Virus record (IMG/VR): IMGVR_UViG_3300005289_000016
Coordinates: 124,001-188,000 of that record
DNA length: 64,000 bases
Strand: one strand, 5' to 3'
This document shows, in pieces, positions 46,086 to 55,345 of this stretch. Under the pieces are notes generated by a model. That model saw nothing but the letters and a program-made list of their open reading frames with translations. It searched no databases and was not told where the DNA came from. How positions within the stretch are numbered: position 1 is the first letter of the stretch; each line of letters starts with the position of its first letter. A program made the position numbers and the translations under genes.

Positions 46086-46678
46086 TGACCATCTTCAACA
46101 CCATCGTAGAAGCCCTGAAACCCCTGTCCAGCGACGACGTCCAACTGACTGTCGCTGGTAAAGAAGGCCATGGCAACCAGAACGTGCGCGTGCATTACAA
46201 GCGCGACAACCTGCTGTCGAAAGTCCTGTACCGTGCTGACCTGTCGGCGCTGGGTGCTGACTCCGAAGAAATGAAGCTGTACATCGGTGGGCTGACTCGT
46301 CCTCAGCAATCGCCATGGACCTCGCTGCCGGGCAAGGCACAAGTCCAGTTGACCGCTATCCTGAAAGCGGCCAGCATCGACAAGGACATGTTCCTGGACG
46401 CGTCGAACGACGTGGCCATGGCCGTGCTGGAAGCCTACGAGAAGTTCGACCGTACTCACGCGTTCGTTCGTCAGTGGCAAGCAGCAGGCAAGGGCATCGG
46501 CCTGGAAGTGATCGTGGTGTTCAAAGATGGCGAACAATTCGCTGTGTTCGAATCCTCGCTGAACTTCTACATCGAGCCGGATGCGGAGAAACTGATCCGT
46601 GTCCTGCGCGAGCGTAAGGAAGGCACCAAGGCACCTGAAGTCAAGGTCGTCGACGCTGGTGTCGTAACCACCGTTTAA
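46085..46678 (+). CDS. hypothetical protein
   Basis: TAATG coupling; strong codon bias. Confidence 0.85.
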   Translation: MTIFNTIVEALKPLSSDDVQLTVAGKEGHGNQNVRVHYKRDNLLSKVLYRADLSALGADSEEMKLYIGGLTRPQQSPWTSLPGKAQVQLTAILKAASIDKDMFLDASNDVAMAVLEAYEKFDRTHAFVRQWQAAGKGIGLEVIVVFKDGEQFAVFESSLNFYIEPDAEKLIRVLRERKEGTKAPEVKVVDAGVVTTV

Positions 46679-46693
46679 GGAGCATCATTCGGC

Positions 46694-47215
46694 ATGAGGA
46701 TCAGTCTGATCTATGCCCAGAACGAAGATGGGGCGATCGGCTTAGCCGGCCCCCATCCACTTCCGTGGCACCACCCTGAAGACCTGGCACGGTTTAAGGA
46801 ACTGACGATGGGCAAGCCGCTACTCATGGGCATGAACACCTTCGACAGCCTCCCTAGACTGTTACCAGGTCGCTTCCATTTTGTGCTGACTCGCGGGAAA
46901 GGTCTCCCTCGACTCGGTCGATTGGCAAGTGTACAATTTCTGAACAGTATCGCCGCATCGTTGTTGGCATGCCGTGACCTTGACATGAAGGAACTCTTCG
47001 TGATCGGAGGCTCGTCTATCCTGAACACCATGATCGGTAGAGCTGACACCATTTATCGGACTATGGTCCTCAACACTCCGCTCGAAGGCGATCTTGCCAA
47101 GGTGCACATGCCAGAGCATGAACATCCGGCATGGAAACAGTACGAGTGCGTCAAGACTGAATACGTCGAAGATCGCCTTGTATTCCAGACCTTCGAGCTA
47201 AAACACCAAGGGTAA
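46694..47215 (+). CDS. folA: dihydrofolate reductase
   Basis: AIG....LPW..EDL..FK..T.GK...MG..T..SLP..LPGR...VLT; FVIGG. Confidence 0.92.
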   Translation: MRISLIYAQNEDGAIGLAGPHPLPWHHPEDLARFKELTMGKPLLMGMNTFDSLPRLLPGRFHFVLTRGKGLPRLGRLASVQFLNSIAASLLACRDLDMKELFVIGGSSILNTMIGRADTIYRTMVLNTPLEGDLAKVHMPEHEHPAWKQYECVKTEYVEDRLVFQTFELKHQG

Positions 47216-47222
47216 CTCAATC

Positions 47223-47567
47223 ATGAAATGGATGCTGGTATTGTTGTCGCTGTTCGTCTTCTCTGCCCACGCTGAAGAGAAGCCTGAGTTCATCATGAGC
47301 GAAGCTCATTGCGCTGTACTGAAGCAGCACGCCGTCATGGCAATCACTGCGAAGACTGCTGGGGTTGATTATAACCAGTACGTGCGCGAACGAGTTGAGG
47401 GTTATTCCAAACTCACTGGAATGGAGCGGGTGATCTATCTGGACATCCTTCCATTCACCTTTGAGATGGCGTACGAGTACTTCAACTCCGACTTCAATTC
47501 CAACACGCCATACGAAGAAGTGATTGAGATGCACTGCCTGGAACGAGTGGGTTCTGGAGCACGCTGA
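47223..47567 (+). CDS. putative secreted protein
   Basis: Sec signal MKWMLVLLSLFVFSAHA. Confidence 0.75.
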   Translation: MKWMLVLLSLFVFSAHAEEKPEFIMSEAHCAVLKQHAVMAITAKTAGVDYNQYVRERVEGYSKLTGMERVIYLDILPFTFEMAYEYFNSDFNSNTPYEEVIEMHCLERVGSGAR

Positions 47568-47570
47568 ATA

Positions 47571-47600
47571 AGAGAGGGCTTCGGCCCTCTTTTTATTTTG
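47571..47600 (+). terminator. UUCG terminator
   Basis: AGAGGGC-TTCG-GCCCTCT-TTTTATTTT. Confidence 0.85.
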
Positions 47601-47642
47601 TCATCCTATGACTCTGTCTTCTTTTATTTGGGAGCTTCATAG

Positions 47643-48800
47643 ATGGCTACTCCAGCTCAGTTGGCTGCAAAGCTGAGTACCCTGTTGGTTTCGATCAAGA
47701 ACAAGATCAATGGGAAACTCGATAGTGGAGCACGAGCAGCGGACTCCTCCAAGCTGGAGGGCCTCACTCTTGCTCAGGTCATGGCTAAGACCGTCACTGA
47801 TAACCTTGCCCAAGTCAACGGCCGTAGAGGCGAATCCGCATTCTTCAGTCAAGACGGTACACCGGGCGCACTGGTCGGAGCAGAGATGCTCACCTCAATG
47901 CGCATGGCATCTGACGACACCGCAATCGCTAACTTGAAAAGCGGTACGGTGTCGTTCTCAGACGTGTTCACCAAATGGAGCCGTATCAGTCACGGCACAA
48001 ACGGTCTGTTCCCAAGCATCCCTGCTGAACTGGATGGATGGTCCTACGACAGTGCCACCGACAGCATTGCCTCCACCATCAATAGCGTCAGCATGATCGG
48101 TATCATCAGTACCGACCGTTTCGACAGCTACGAGTTCGAGACAATCATGTCGTCGACTTCCAACGACGACGATGCCATCGGCATGTGCTTGGCCTTCAAG
48201 AAGGTCGGCGATAAAGAGCACAGTCTGACAGTCTTTGTCAGCACCGGCGGGATGAACGCACTTGGTCAGATTGCCAATGGTCAGACGCCTAAGTTGGTGG
48301 TTGTTGTCAACGCGGGTCAGACTGGCGCACAAGGGCAGCAGGTATTGGCGGTGCGGGAACTTGGCTCACCGGCCTCTGGGTTCAGTGGGATCAACTACTC
48401 TGCTGGCATTCGGGTTGTAGCCAAGCGCAGCATCACCGGCCTGATCGAAATCACTTGCACCAAAGCAGACGGTTCTGCATGGCCCAATCCAGTGTCGTGG
48501 TCGGGTTCTCTGCCAGCAATCTTCCAGAGCAAGTGCGCAATCGGTTATGTATCGATCTCCCAACCGTCGTCGACGTGGAAGAACATCAAGCTTCCCGTCT
48601 CCAAACGGGACATCATCGACACTCGTGATCTCACCGTGTGGCGGTTTACCAATAACGCTTGGGTCAATGCCGGTAAGGCGAACAACCCCGATGTCCTGCC
48701 TCCTGGTCGGATGTACAAGAACACCGAAGGTAACATGGGCTCGTACTACCTTGACTTTGAGGGTAACTTCGTGACGCTGGGGTTATCGGCGGTACCGTAA
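47643..48800 (+). CDS. tail-fibre-like virion protein, paralogue A
   Basis: MATP.QL..KL..L..SI..K...KLD..A.AADSSKLEG; high similarity to the next gene. Confidence 0.75.
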   Translation: MATPAQLAAKLSTLLVSIKNKINGKLDSGARAADSSKLEGLTLAQVMAKTVTDNLAQVNGRRGESAFFSQDGTPGALVGAEMLTSMRMASDDTAIANLKSGTVSFSDVFTKWSRISHGTNGLFPSIPAELDGWSYDSATDSIASTINSVSMIGIISTDRFDSYEFETIMSSTSNDDDAIGMCLAFKKVGDKEHSLTVFVSTGGMNALGQIANGQTPKLVVVVNAGQTGAQGQQVLAVRELGSPASGFSGINYSAGIRVVAKRSITGLIEITCTKADGSAWPNPVSWSGSLPAIFQSKCAIGYVSISQPSSTWKNIKLPVSKRDIIDTRDLTVWRFTNNAWVNAGKANNPDVLPPGRMYKNTEGNMGSYYLDFEGNFVTLGLSAVP

Positions 48801-48825
48801 ATCGAGTTTATAACAGGGACCGGAA

Positions 48826-49992
48826 ATGGCCACTCCTACGCAATTGTCCGTCAAACTGGACACACTCTTTAAATCGATCAGCACCAAGCTTTCCAGTAAA
48901 CTGGATCTAGCCTCTGTTGCTGCCGATTCGTCTAAACTCGAAGGCATGACCTTGGCACAGGTCGGGGCCCTGACTGTCACCGACCAACTCGCTCAAGTCA
49001 ATGGACGTAAGGGTGAGATGGCATTCTTCAGTCAAGACGGTACGCCCATGGCACTGGAAGGCGGTGAAATGGTCGTCCAGTTGCGCATGGCTTCGGACGA
49101 TGCCGCCATCGATGCATTGAAAAGTGCTACGGTATCATTCGAGGACATCTTCAACAAGTGGGGACGAATCAGCCACAGTAACCAGCTCATCTTTCCACAC
49201 AACGTGACGGAGATGAACAGTTGGTCTTACGATCAGCCAACCGATTCTGTCCTGTCGACCGTGAATAGCGGAACAATGATTGGATTGATCAGTCCTGATC
49301 GGTTTGACCAATACACCTTCGAGACTAGCTTCAAGTCCACCAACGGGGATGATGACGCCATCGGCATGTGTGCTGCCTTTAAAAAGGTAGGAGACCGTGA
49401 GTACACGGTCTCGGTGTTGGTCAGTCCTCGTGGAATGAACCCTGACGGTAGTTACAACACCGCAGGCACTCCTCGAATCTGGTGCACCGTCAACTACAAC
49501 CAAGGTGCTGCTAACGGGATGGTGGTACTGTGGACCCAAGAGTTGGGCATTGCAGCATCGCCGTGGAACTCTGGTGAAATCGCAGCAGGTATTCGGGTTA
49601 AGGTAGTGCGTCGAGCTGGCGGTCTGTTGGAGATCACCTCTACCAGACCAGACGGCTCTCCGTGGCCTAACCCGGTATTCACTACGGTGCAGCTACCTAC
49701 CATGTTCCTCTCCAAATGCTCCATCGGGTACTTGGCCACTTCTCAACCAGCCTCCACCTGGCAGAACTTCCAAGTACCAACCGCCAAGACCGACATCGTG
49801 GACAAACGCGACATGACAGTCTGGCGATGGAACAACACCACAGGCACTTGGGTCAATGCCGGCAAGATGAGTAACCCGGCAGTCATGACTCCCGGACGCA
49901 TCTACAAGGATACCCAGCCCCCGTATTACGGGGCGTACTACCTTGATTTCGACGGCAACCTCGTGACAATTGGGCAGCCTTCTCAGTTGTAA
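48826..49992 (+). CDS. tail-fibre-like virion protein, paralogue B
   Basis: Collinear with 47643-48800 (DDDAIGMC.AFKKVGD, YYLDF.GN.VT). Confidence 0.75.
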   Translation: MATPTQLSVKLDTLFKSISTKLSSKLDLASVAADSSKLEGMTLAQVGALTVTDQLAQVNGRKGEMAFFSQDGTPMALEGGEMVVQLRMASDDAAIDALKSATVSFEDIFNKWGRISHSNQLIFPHNVTEMNSWSYDQPTDSVLSTVNSGTMIGLISPDRFDQYTFETSFKSTNGDDDAIGMCAAFKKVGDREYTVSVLVSPRGMNPDGSYNTAGTPRIWCTVNYNQGAANGMVVLWTQELGIAASPWNSGEIAAGIRVKVVRRAGGLLEITSTRPDGSPWPNPVFTTVQLPTMFLSKCSIGYLATSQPASTWQNFQVPTAKTDIVDKRDMTVWRWNNTTGTWVNAGKMSNPAVMTPGRIYKDTQPPYYGAYYLDFDGNLVTIGQPSQL

Positions 49993-49997
49993 TAAGT

Positions 49998-50026
49998 GGA
50001 GGGCTTCGGCCCTCCCTTTATTTTGT
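49998..50026 (+). terminator. UUCG terminator
   Basis: GGAGGGC-TTCG-GCCCTCC-CTTTATTTT. Confidence 0.85.
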
Positions 50027-50149
50027 CTCATCGTATGATTGGGTATTCCACTCGATCGATTCATGACCCTACATTATTCACGAGAATACTGCCAACACAT
50101 AACCGTGAATAGGAAGAGTCGCTGTTGAGTTTTAAAGGAATAGCTCTCC

Positions 50150-50629
50150 ATGTCGAAAGGCAAATATGTAGTACCGGTGATTTTGGGGCAACCGGGTAGT
50201 GAATTGTTTTTGGTCAAGGGAGAAGTTCCGGCTAAGCAAGGGATGGCACTCGTTCGATTCAGTGTGGAGCGGGGGCTCTGCATTAAAGACGAGAAGGCGT
50301 TGGAGCGCCTGTGGGAAAAGACGGGAACACCAAAGAACCGTCCAACCCGGGTAAAGGAACTTCACGTACTCGACACCAGCCTTGATGGTGTGACTCAGCG
50401 CGAAGCAACATTGGTGCAGGGCTACATCAACAACACATTGCCAGGGGCGTTCCGCGCTGTGGAACTGAACAACTGGTACATCTTCGAAAAGCAGGGTGAC
50501 CTCACTCCGCTTAAACTTGCACGTTTCGCCATTAACCTGCTGGAACGCAAGGAGCGAACGGAACTGTTAGGTAGTCTGGCACGTAAGGCTGTGTCCTTCA
50601 CGCATCCCAGCTATGACACTTACCGTTAA
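50150..50629 (+). CDS. hypothetical protein
   Basis: AAGGA RBS. Confidence 0.8.
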   Translation: MSKGKYVVPVILGQPGSELFLVKGEVPAKQGMALVRFSVERGLCIKDEKALERLWEKTGTPKNRPTRVKELHVLDTSLDGVTQREATLVQGYINNTLPGAFRAVELNNWYIFEKQGDLTPLKLARFAINLLERKERTELLGSLARKAVSFTHPSYDTYR

Positions 50630-50633
50630 TTCG

Positions 50634-50663
50634 ACGCCGTCCTTCGGGGCGGCGTTTATGCCG
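50634..50663 (+). terminator. UUCG terminator plus TATGCCG
   Basis: ACGCCGTCC-TTCG-GGGCGGCGT-TTATGCCG. Confidence 0.75.
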
Positions 50664-50717
50664 CATGTCAAAAGAAACAAACCTTCCAACAAGTATGTCA
50701 ACCAGCGAGATCTCACC

Positions 50718-51812
50718 ATGTCGTTACAGAACCTGTTTTATCCTGCCATCTCGGTAGGTGACACCCAAGCCTCGTTTGGCCAGCCCATCAAGCTTGAGAC
50801 TAACACCATCGAGTCTTTGCTCGTGGTTGTGCAGAAAAGCGAAAACATGAGCGTGCTGCCAGAGCGCAGTAAGCTCGAAGTCCTTATGCATGCCGATGGC
50901 CGCGGGTCCAAGCAACTGATCCGTTACAACAAGGTGTTGGTCGGCATGGCGTTGTATCCTTTCGAGGATCATCTGTACGACACCACCGGCGGTATTGAAG
51001 TCGAAGCAGCAATGACCATGGCGGCTAAGCTGTGTGAGGAAATCCCTCAACCACCGCTGACCGCCGATGACTGGCTCGACCGTCTCAAGTACGCCGCGAA
51101 CGACAATCCAGAGATCCTGGCTGTGATTGATTCCGTTCCTTCGTGTCTGCGTGATCTGGACAAAGTCGGCCAGACTCATGTGATCGTGCCTGACTCGTAC
51201 AACATGACCGAAGAGATGGAAGATGCCTCTCGCCGATTGCTGTTGTTCACCGACACCTACGGCAACCACCGTGCCGAAGAGATCCGTGATCAGATCGCTC
51301 TGCATCCGTGGGTGAAACGTGTCCTGCCCAAGTGGTTCAACGAGCAGCAAGGGCACCTGACCAAAGCAGGTCGTGCTGATCTGGCGTACCACTTGACCAT
51401 CTCGGCCTATATCGACCCAATGACCGATGAAGAACGTATCTTCGGCAAAGGGCGTCGTCCGTCGAACGTGGCTGACTTCTATTACGGGATGGAGCTGGTG
51501 CTCACCAACACCAGCGAAAACGAACTGCTGATCCAAAAGGCATTCGAGTCGTTCTGGGACAAGGTCAAGGATGGTGACACCTTCGACCTGCGCATCAACC
51601 GTCACGAATTGCCTGATGCATGGCGCAAGTACTTCAAGAAGCAAGCAATTGAAGTCAGCGGCCTCATCAGCAAGAACAGCGATGGTTCCCTGTGCCTGAT
51701 CAACGAGAAGATCCGCATGGGGCTGAAGAACGACTACGTCAGCTTCGTTGGCTGGAAGTTCCAACCGTCTGTCAAGGTCCCAAAGAAACAAGTCCGCAAC
51801 GTAGTCGAGTAA
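50718..51812 (+). CDS. hypothetical protein
   Basis: Start MSLQNLF after GAGA. Confidence 0.85.
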   Translation: MSLQNLFYPAISVGDTQASFGQPIKLETNTIESLLVVVQKSENMSVLPERSKLEVLMHADGRGSKQLIRYNKVLVGMALYPFEDHLYDTTGGIEVEAAMTMAAKLCEEIPQPPLTADDWLDRLKYAANDNPEILAVIDSVPSCLRDLDKVGQTHVIVPDSYNMTEEMEDASRRLLLFTDTYGNHRAEEIRDQIALHPWVKRVLPKWFNEQQGHLTKAGRADLAYHLTISAYIDPMTDEERIFGKGRRPSNVADFYYGMELVLTNTSENELLIQKAFESFWDKVKDGDTFDLRINRHELPDAWRKYFKKQAIEVSGLISKNSDGSLCLINEKIRMGLKNDYVSFVGWKFQPSVKVPKKQVRNVVE

Positions 51813-51818
51813 GTAAGC

Positions 51819-52109
51819 ATGAGCAGAAGAAGTAAAAGTCGCGTCGGCCTAGTGGAACTGATTTCCACGTTGACAGTTTGTGCTGGCGTCATTCTCGGTA
51901 ACGTGGGTTATGCCGATCCCGTGGGGACCAAGAAGATCTTGGAAGAAGACGGTTACACCGACATCCAAGTCGGCGGTCGCCAGTTCTTTGGCTGTGATCG
52001 TAATTTCTACCGCACCACCTTCACGGCCAAGAACTCCCGTGGCATCAAGACTCATGGCTTGGTGTGCAAAAGCTTTCTTGACGAAGCAGCGTATATCAAA
52101 AGGATGTAA
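51819..52109 (+). CDS. small exported/membrane phage protein
   Basis: Hydrophobic N-terminus; GYTDIQVGG..FFGC...T.F.A...G.VC. Confidence 0.75.
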   Translation: MSRRSKSRVGLVELISTLTVCAGVILGNVGYADPVGTKKILEEDGYTDIQVGGRQFFGCDRNFYRTTFTAKNSRGIKTHGLVCKSFLDEAAYIKRM

Positions 52110-52111
52110 CG

Positions 52112-52585
52112 ATGGTTGAGAAGTCGGATGTAGGCGTTGCAGACGTGTCCCAGCACGTTCGTGTGGGTGTCGGTGTGATCATCATGCGTGGCACCAAGAT
52201 CCTCATGGGTAAGCGCAAGGGCAGCCATGGAGCTGGCACCTACTCTGTCCCGGGTGGTCATCTGGAGTTCGGTGAAACTGTTGGCACCTGCGCCAAACGT
52301 GAAGTGTTGGAAGAGACTGGTATCGTCCTGCACGACCCGTTGTTCCAGGCCGGGTTCACCAACGATCACTTCAAAGAGGAAAGCAAGCATTATGCTACCC
52401 TCTTTGTGGCGTCTCGTTTCAACGAAGGTGAGCCGCAGAATCTCGAGCCCGAGAAGTGCGAAGGCTGGGACTGGTACGATCTGGCTGAACTGCCAGAGCC
52501 TCTGTTCCTGCCGTTCAAGAACTACATGGAAAAGGTCTACGTGAGCCTCAAGGTAAACGAAGGCATGACCCGACTGGGGGCTTGA
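52112..52585 (+). CDS. Nudix hydrolase (MutT/NUDT15-like)
   Basis: Nudix box GHLEFGETVGTCAKREVLEETG; VGVGV; NLEPEKCEGW. Confidence 0.92.
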   Translation: MVEKSDVGVADVSQHVRVGVGVIIMRGTKILMGKRKGSHGAGTYSVPGGHLEFGETVGTCAKREVLEETGIVLHDPLFQAGFTNDHFKEESKHYATLFVASRFNEGEPQNLEPEKCEGWDWYDLAELPEPLFLPFKNYMEKVYVSLKVNEGMTRLGA

Positions 52586-52588
52586 CCG

Positions 52589-52861
52589 ATGTGCAGACGA
52601 CTTGGTAAGAAACACCCTGACTACATCGGTCCTGAGGGACTGGAACGTCAGAAGCACGAACGCTCGCATTGGAACCCCAAGCGCCGTTTGTCCGATACGT
52701 ACATGGTGCGGATCTTGAATGATCACACCTTCCTGCGCGATACCTTCTGGAATCCGCAGTGCAATAACCCGCAAGGGATCAGTAAAGGGCTGTCTCGCCG
52801 GAAAGCCTCGTTGTACGACAAACTTCAACGCTACTACGACCGTGCCGGAAACGGCAAATAG
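52589..52861 (+). CDS. hypothetical basic protein
   Basis: GGGG RBS. Confidence 0.65.
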   Translation: MCRRLGKKHPDYIGPEGLERQKHERSHWNPKRRLSDTYMVRILNDHTFLRDTFWNPQCNNPQGISKGLSRRKASLYDKLQRYYDRAGNGK

Positions 52862-52871
52862 GAGTGTCACC

Positions 52872-53117
52872 ATGGCAACTGCTCACAAAGTGAAAGCAGC
52901 AACCACCGATGAAGAACTGCGTCAGCAAGCCTACAACCTGATCGCTGGTCGTGATCTGTCTGCTGACAAAGACATCAAGAAAGACGGTAAGTACTGGAGC
53001 GAGATCAAGAAGCGCGCCATCACTGTACTGACCGAACGTGGCACTCCCGAGAACCTCGGCATAGTCGAGACGGTAGAAGCTGTCATGAAGTCTTACCGCG
53101 CAACTCTAGGGAAATGA
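52872..53117 (+). CDS. hypothetical protein
   Basis: AGGAG RBS before MATAH. Confidence 0.8.
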   Translation: MATAHKVKAATTDEELRQQAYNLIAGRDLSADKDIKKDGKYWSEIKKRAITVLTERGTPENLGIVETVEAVMKSYRATLGK

Positions 53118-53118
53118 C

Positions 53119-53346
53119 ATGCAATTTCGATCTGTGTTGAATCCAAACCAACCTGTAACATTGGCAGCGACCAAGGCAGCGATTTGTCACTGGTATGACA
53201 ACAATGACGCCGCGTTAGACGTCTCCGCCACTGACCCCGAAAAACTCAAGGTGGAGCAACGGGGCAATGCTTGGGAGATCTCCTATTCGTTCTGGAGCAA
53301 TGGCAAGTACAGTGTCATTGGTCACTGCGACGAAGCTCCGCTGTAA
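53119..53346 (+). CDS. hypothetical protein
   Basis: AGGGA RBS. Confidence 0.65.
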   Translation: MQFRSVLNPNQPVTLAATKAAICHWYDNNDAALDVSATDPEKLKVEQRGNAWEISYSFWSNGKYSVIGHCDEAPL

Positions 53347-53400
53347 TGCTCCTACCACTCTCGTTTATTAACCCCATTTCGAAACAGTAAGGAAGTCTCC

Positions 53401-55284
53401 ATGTCCCAAGTTGCTGAAGCTTTCAAATACCACGAATCCCTCGACGAACTGCAAATGGCGGCGCAATCGAAACTGGCTCCTGGCGCCGGTGCGATCTTCG
53501 CTACCCAGCAGCGCAAGAAGATGATGAACCACTACCTGCTCTCCATCGAGAAGGTAGCCAAAGACGCTTACCCGGACCACATCCGTGAAATCGTGCAGCA
53601 TTACAACTGCTCGCAGTGCGCTCGCTTCATGTCCCGCGTTGGCCATCTGGTGGTTGAAGGCGAGCAAGGCCTGGAATCGGTGTTCTGGAACCCGAACGCC
53701 GTAACCGACCCTTTCTTCAAGGAAGTGGTCAAGCTGATGAAGATGTTCGTCGAGCAGGGCCGCATCACCACCCTGTTCAACCCGAACGGGCCGTACGCCA
53801 ACTACCAGAACATCACCAAGGCGGAAGACGGTGAGCAGACCTGGCAGCACTACTTCATCCAGCCGCAGTTCCTGCGTCACCGCTACGCCGGCCTGGATCG
53901 CGAGATCGACTTCGACGAGTTCCACAAGACCGCCGACCGTGTCAACTCGCTGATCAAGATCACCAAGGAAGTCGACCTTCCAACCGTGATGTGGGTTGAG
54001 CAGATGTTCCAAGCCCGTACCCTCGAGCACCTGGAACACAGCGAAGCGACCATCAAGTCGTTTGCTGACATGCTGGCTCAGCTGCAAGTGGCGCAGTCGT
54101 TGGTGTCGTACACCTCGGCCAACGAATACCAGCAAGAAACCATCCTGGTCAACCGCATCTGGGTCTTCGCCATGAAGCACCGTGCGCTGGCTGCTCTGCG
54201 TGGTTCGATGTTGGGTACGTTGCTTCTGGAAGCGGCCAAGCTGATGAAACAGCCGAACCGTTCGAAGGCGCAGGAATTGGGTCTCCAGTCTTTTTGGAAG
54301 TCTCAGACATCTACTTTGAACTACCGCCGCACTACCGCTGCGGCCTCCTCGGGCCAACTGGAACGCACCGCCAACTTCTTGCAAGAGAACAACTGGCTGC
54401 CGTCGCTCCAACAGCGTGAAGCGGCTGAACTCGATGTGCCTGCCCTGTGGGAAGCCAAGTCGCGTTGGACCTGGATCGAAGGCAAGCCTGTGTCCGCACA
54501 AGCTGACTTCGCCGAGTTCGCATCGCGTAAAGGCGCCGACATCGAGCAAGTCAAAGCACCGATCACCATGGACGTCGGCTACTTCTTCAACGAAGTGCTG
54601 AAACACGTGGTGGCACTGGGCGTGGACATGACCGACCTGTCGTGGAAACCTGCACTGTTGAACGTCATGGCAGATATGACTGCCAAGCCGATCTTCAAGT
54701 GGGACTCTGACGAGCGTCGTGCTCCGTTCATCCCGTGGACCTATAACGAGAACTTCCGTGCAGCCCAACTGGTCACTGACAAGTCGGTTGTGCAGAATGG
54801 TCGCGTGGTCCTGCCAGTACTGTCCATCACCTCGTCCTCGGTCATCGGTTACCATGGCCGTAACCCTGAGAACGAAGCGCTGATGTTCTTGTTCGCCGGT
54901 GTCGGCATGCCGTACGCTCCTCACCCAGCCCTGTTCGCAGAAGCTGTCAAAGACGAGCTGTACCAGCACCGTCGTGCCATCGAAGACTACAGCAAGTCGA
55001 CCCAACTGCCTCGTGCAGAAGGTCAACAGTCGCTGGGTCTTACCTTCGGTCCTCGTCACCCGCTGCAACAAGGTGAAGTGAAGATCACCCTGCACGCTCG
55101 CCTGAGCGATGAAGGCCAGGTCCTGTTCGGTGCCCGTGACATCCGCTTCGTAGTGGACGGTTGCGGTTACAAGATCAAGCCTGTGATTGAAGGTCGTCCA
55201 GTACTGCGTGATCGCCTGTCGGTCGACGCCGCTGCGCCAGTAGCACCTGAAGCCCCTTCGGCCTCGGCCTCCCTGCTGGTCTGA
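53401..55284 (+). CDS. large conserved phage protein with CxxC motif
   Basis: HYNCSQCARFMSRVGHLV...G..SVFW; strong codon bias. Confidence 0.88.
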   Translation: MSQVAEAFKYHESLDELQMAAQSKLAPGAGAIFATQQRKKMMNHYLLSIEKVAKDAYPDHIREIVQHYNCSQCARFMSRVGHLVVEGEQGLESVFWNPNAVTDPFFKEVVKLMKMFVEQGRITTLFNPNGPYANYQNITKAEDGEQTWQHYFIQPQFLRHRYAGLDREIDFDEFHKTADRVNSLIKITKEVDLPTVMWVEQMFQARTLEHLEHSEATIKSFADMLAQLQVAQSLVSYTSANEYQQETILVNRIWVFAMKHRALAALRGSMLGTLLLEAAKLMKQPNRSKAQELGLQSFWKSQTSTLNYRRTTAAASSGQLERTANFLQENNWLPSLQQREAAELDVPALWEAKSRWTWIEGKPVSAQADFAEFASRKGADIEQVKAPITMDVGYFFNEVLKHVVALGVDMTDLSWKPALLNVMADMTAKPIFKWDSDERRAPFIPWTYNENFRAAQLVTDKSVVQNGRVVLPVLSITSSSVIGYHGRNPENEALMFLFAGVGMPYAPHPALFAEAVKDELYQHRRAIEDYSKSTQLPRAEGQQSLGLTFGPRHPLQQGEVKITLHARLSDEGQVLFGARDIRFVVDGCGYKIKPVIEGRPVLRDRLSVDAAAPVAPEAPSASASLLV

Positions 55285-55345
55285 TCCATTCGGGGTGAGT
55301 TCGCTCACCCCATCCACCCTTTCGCTGTCCATTAGGAGTTACACC

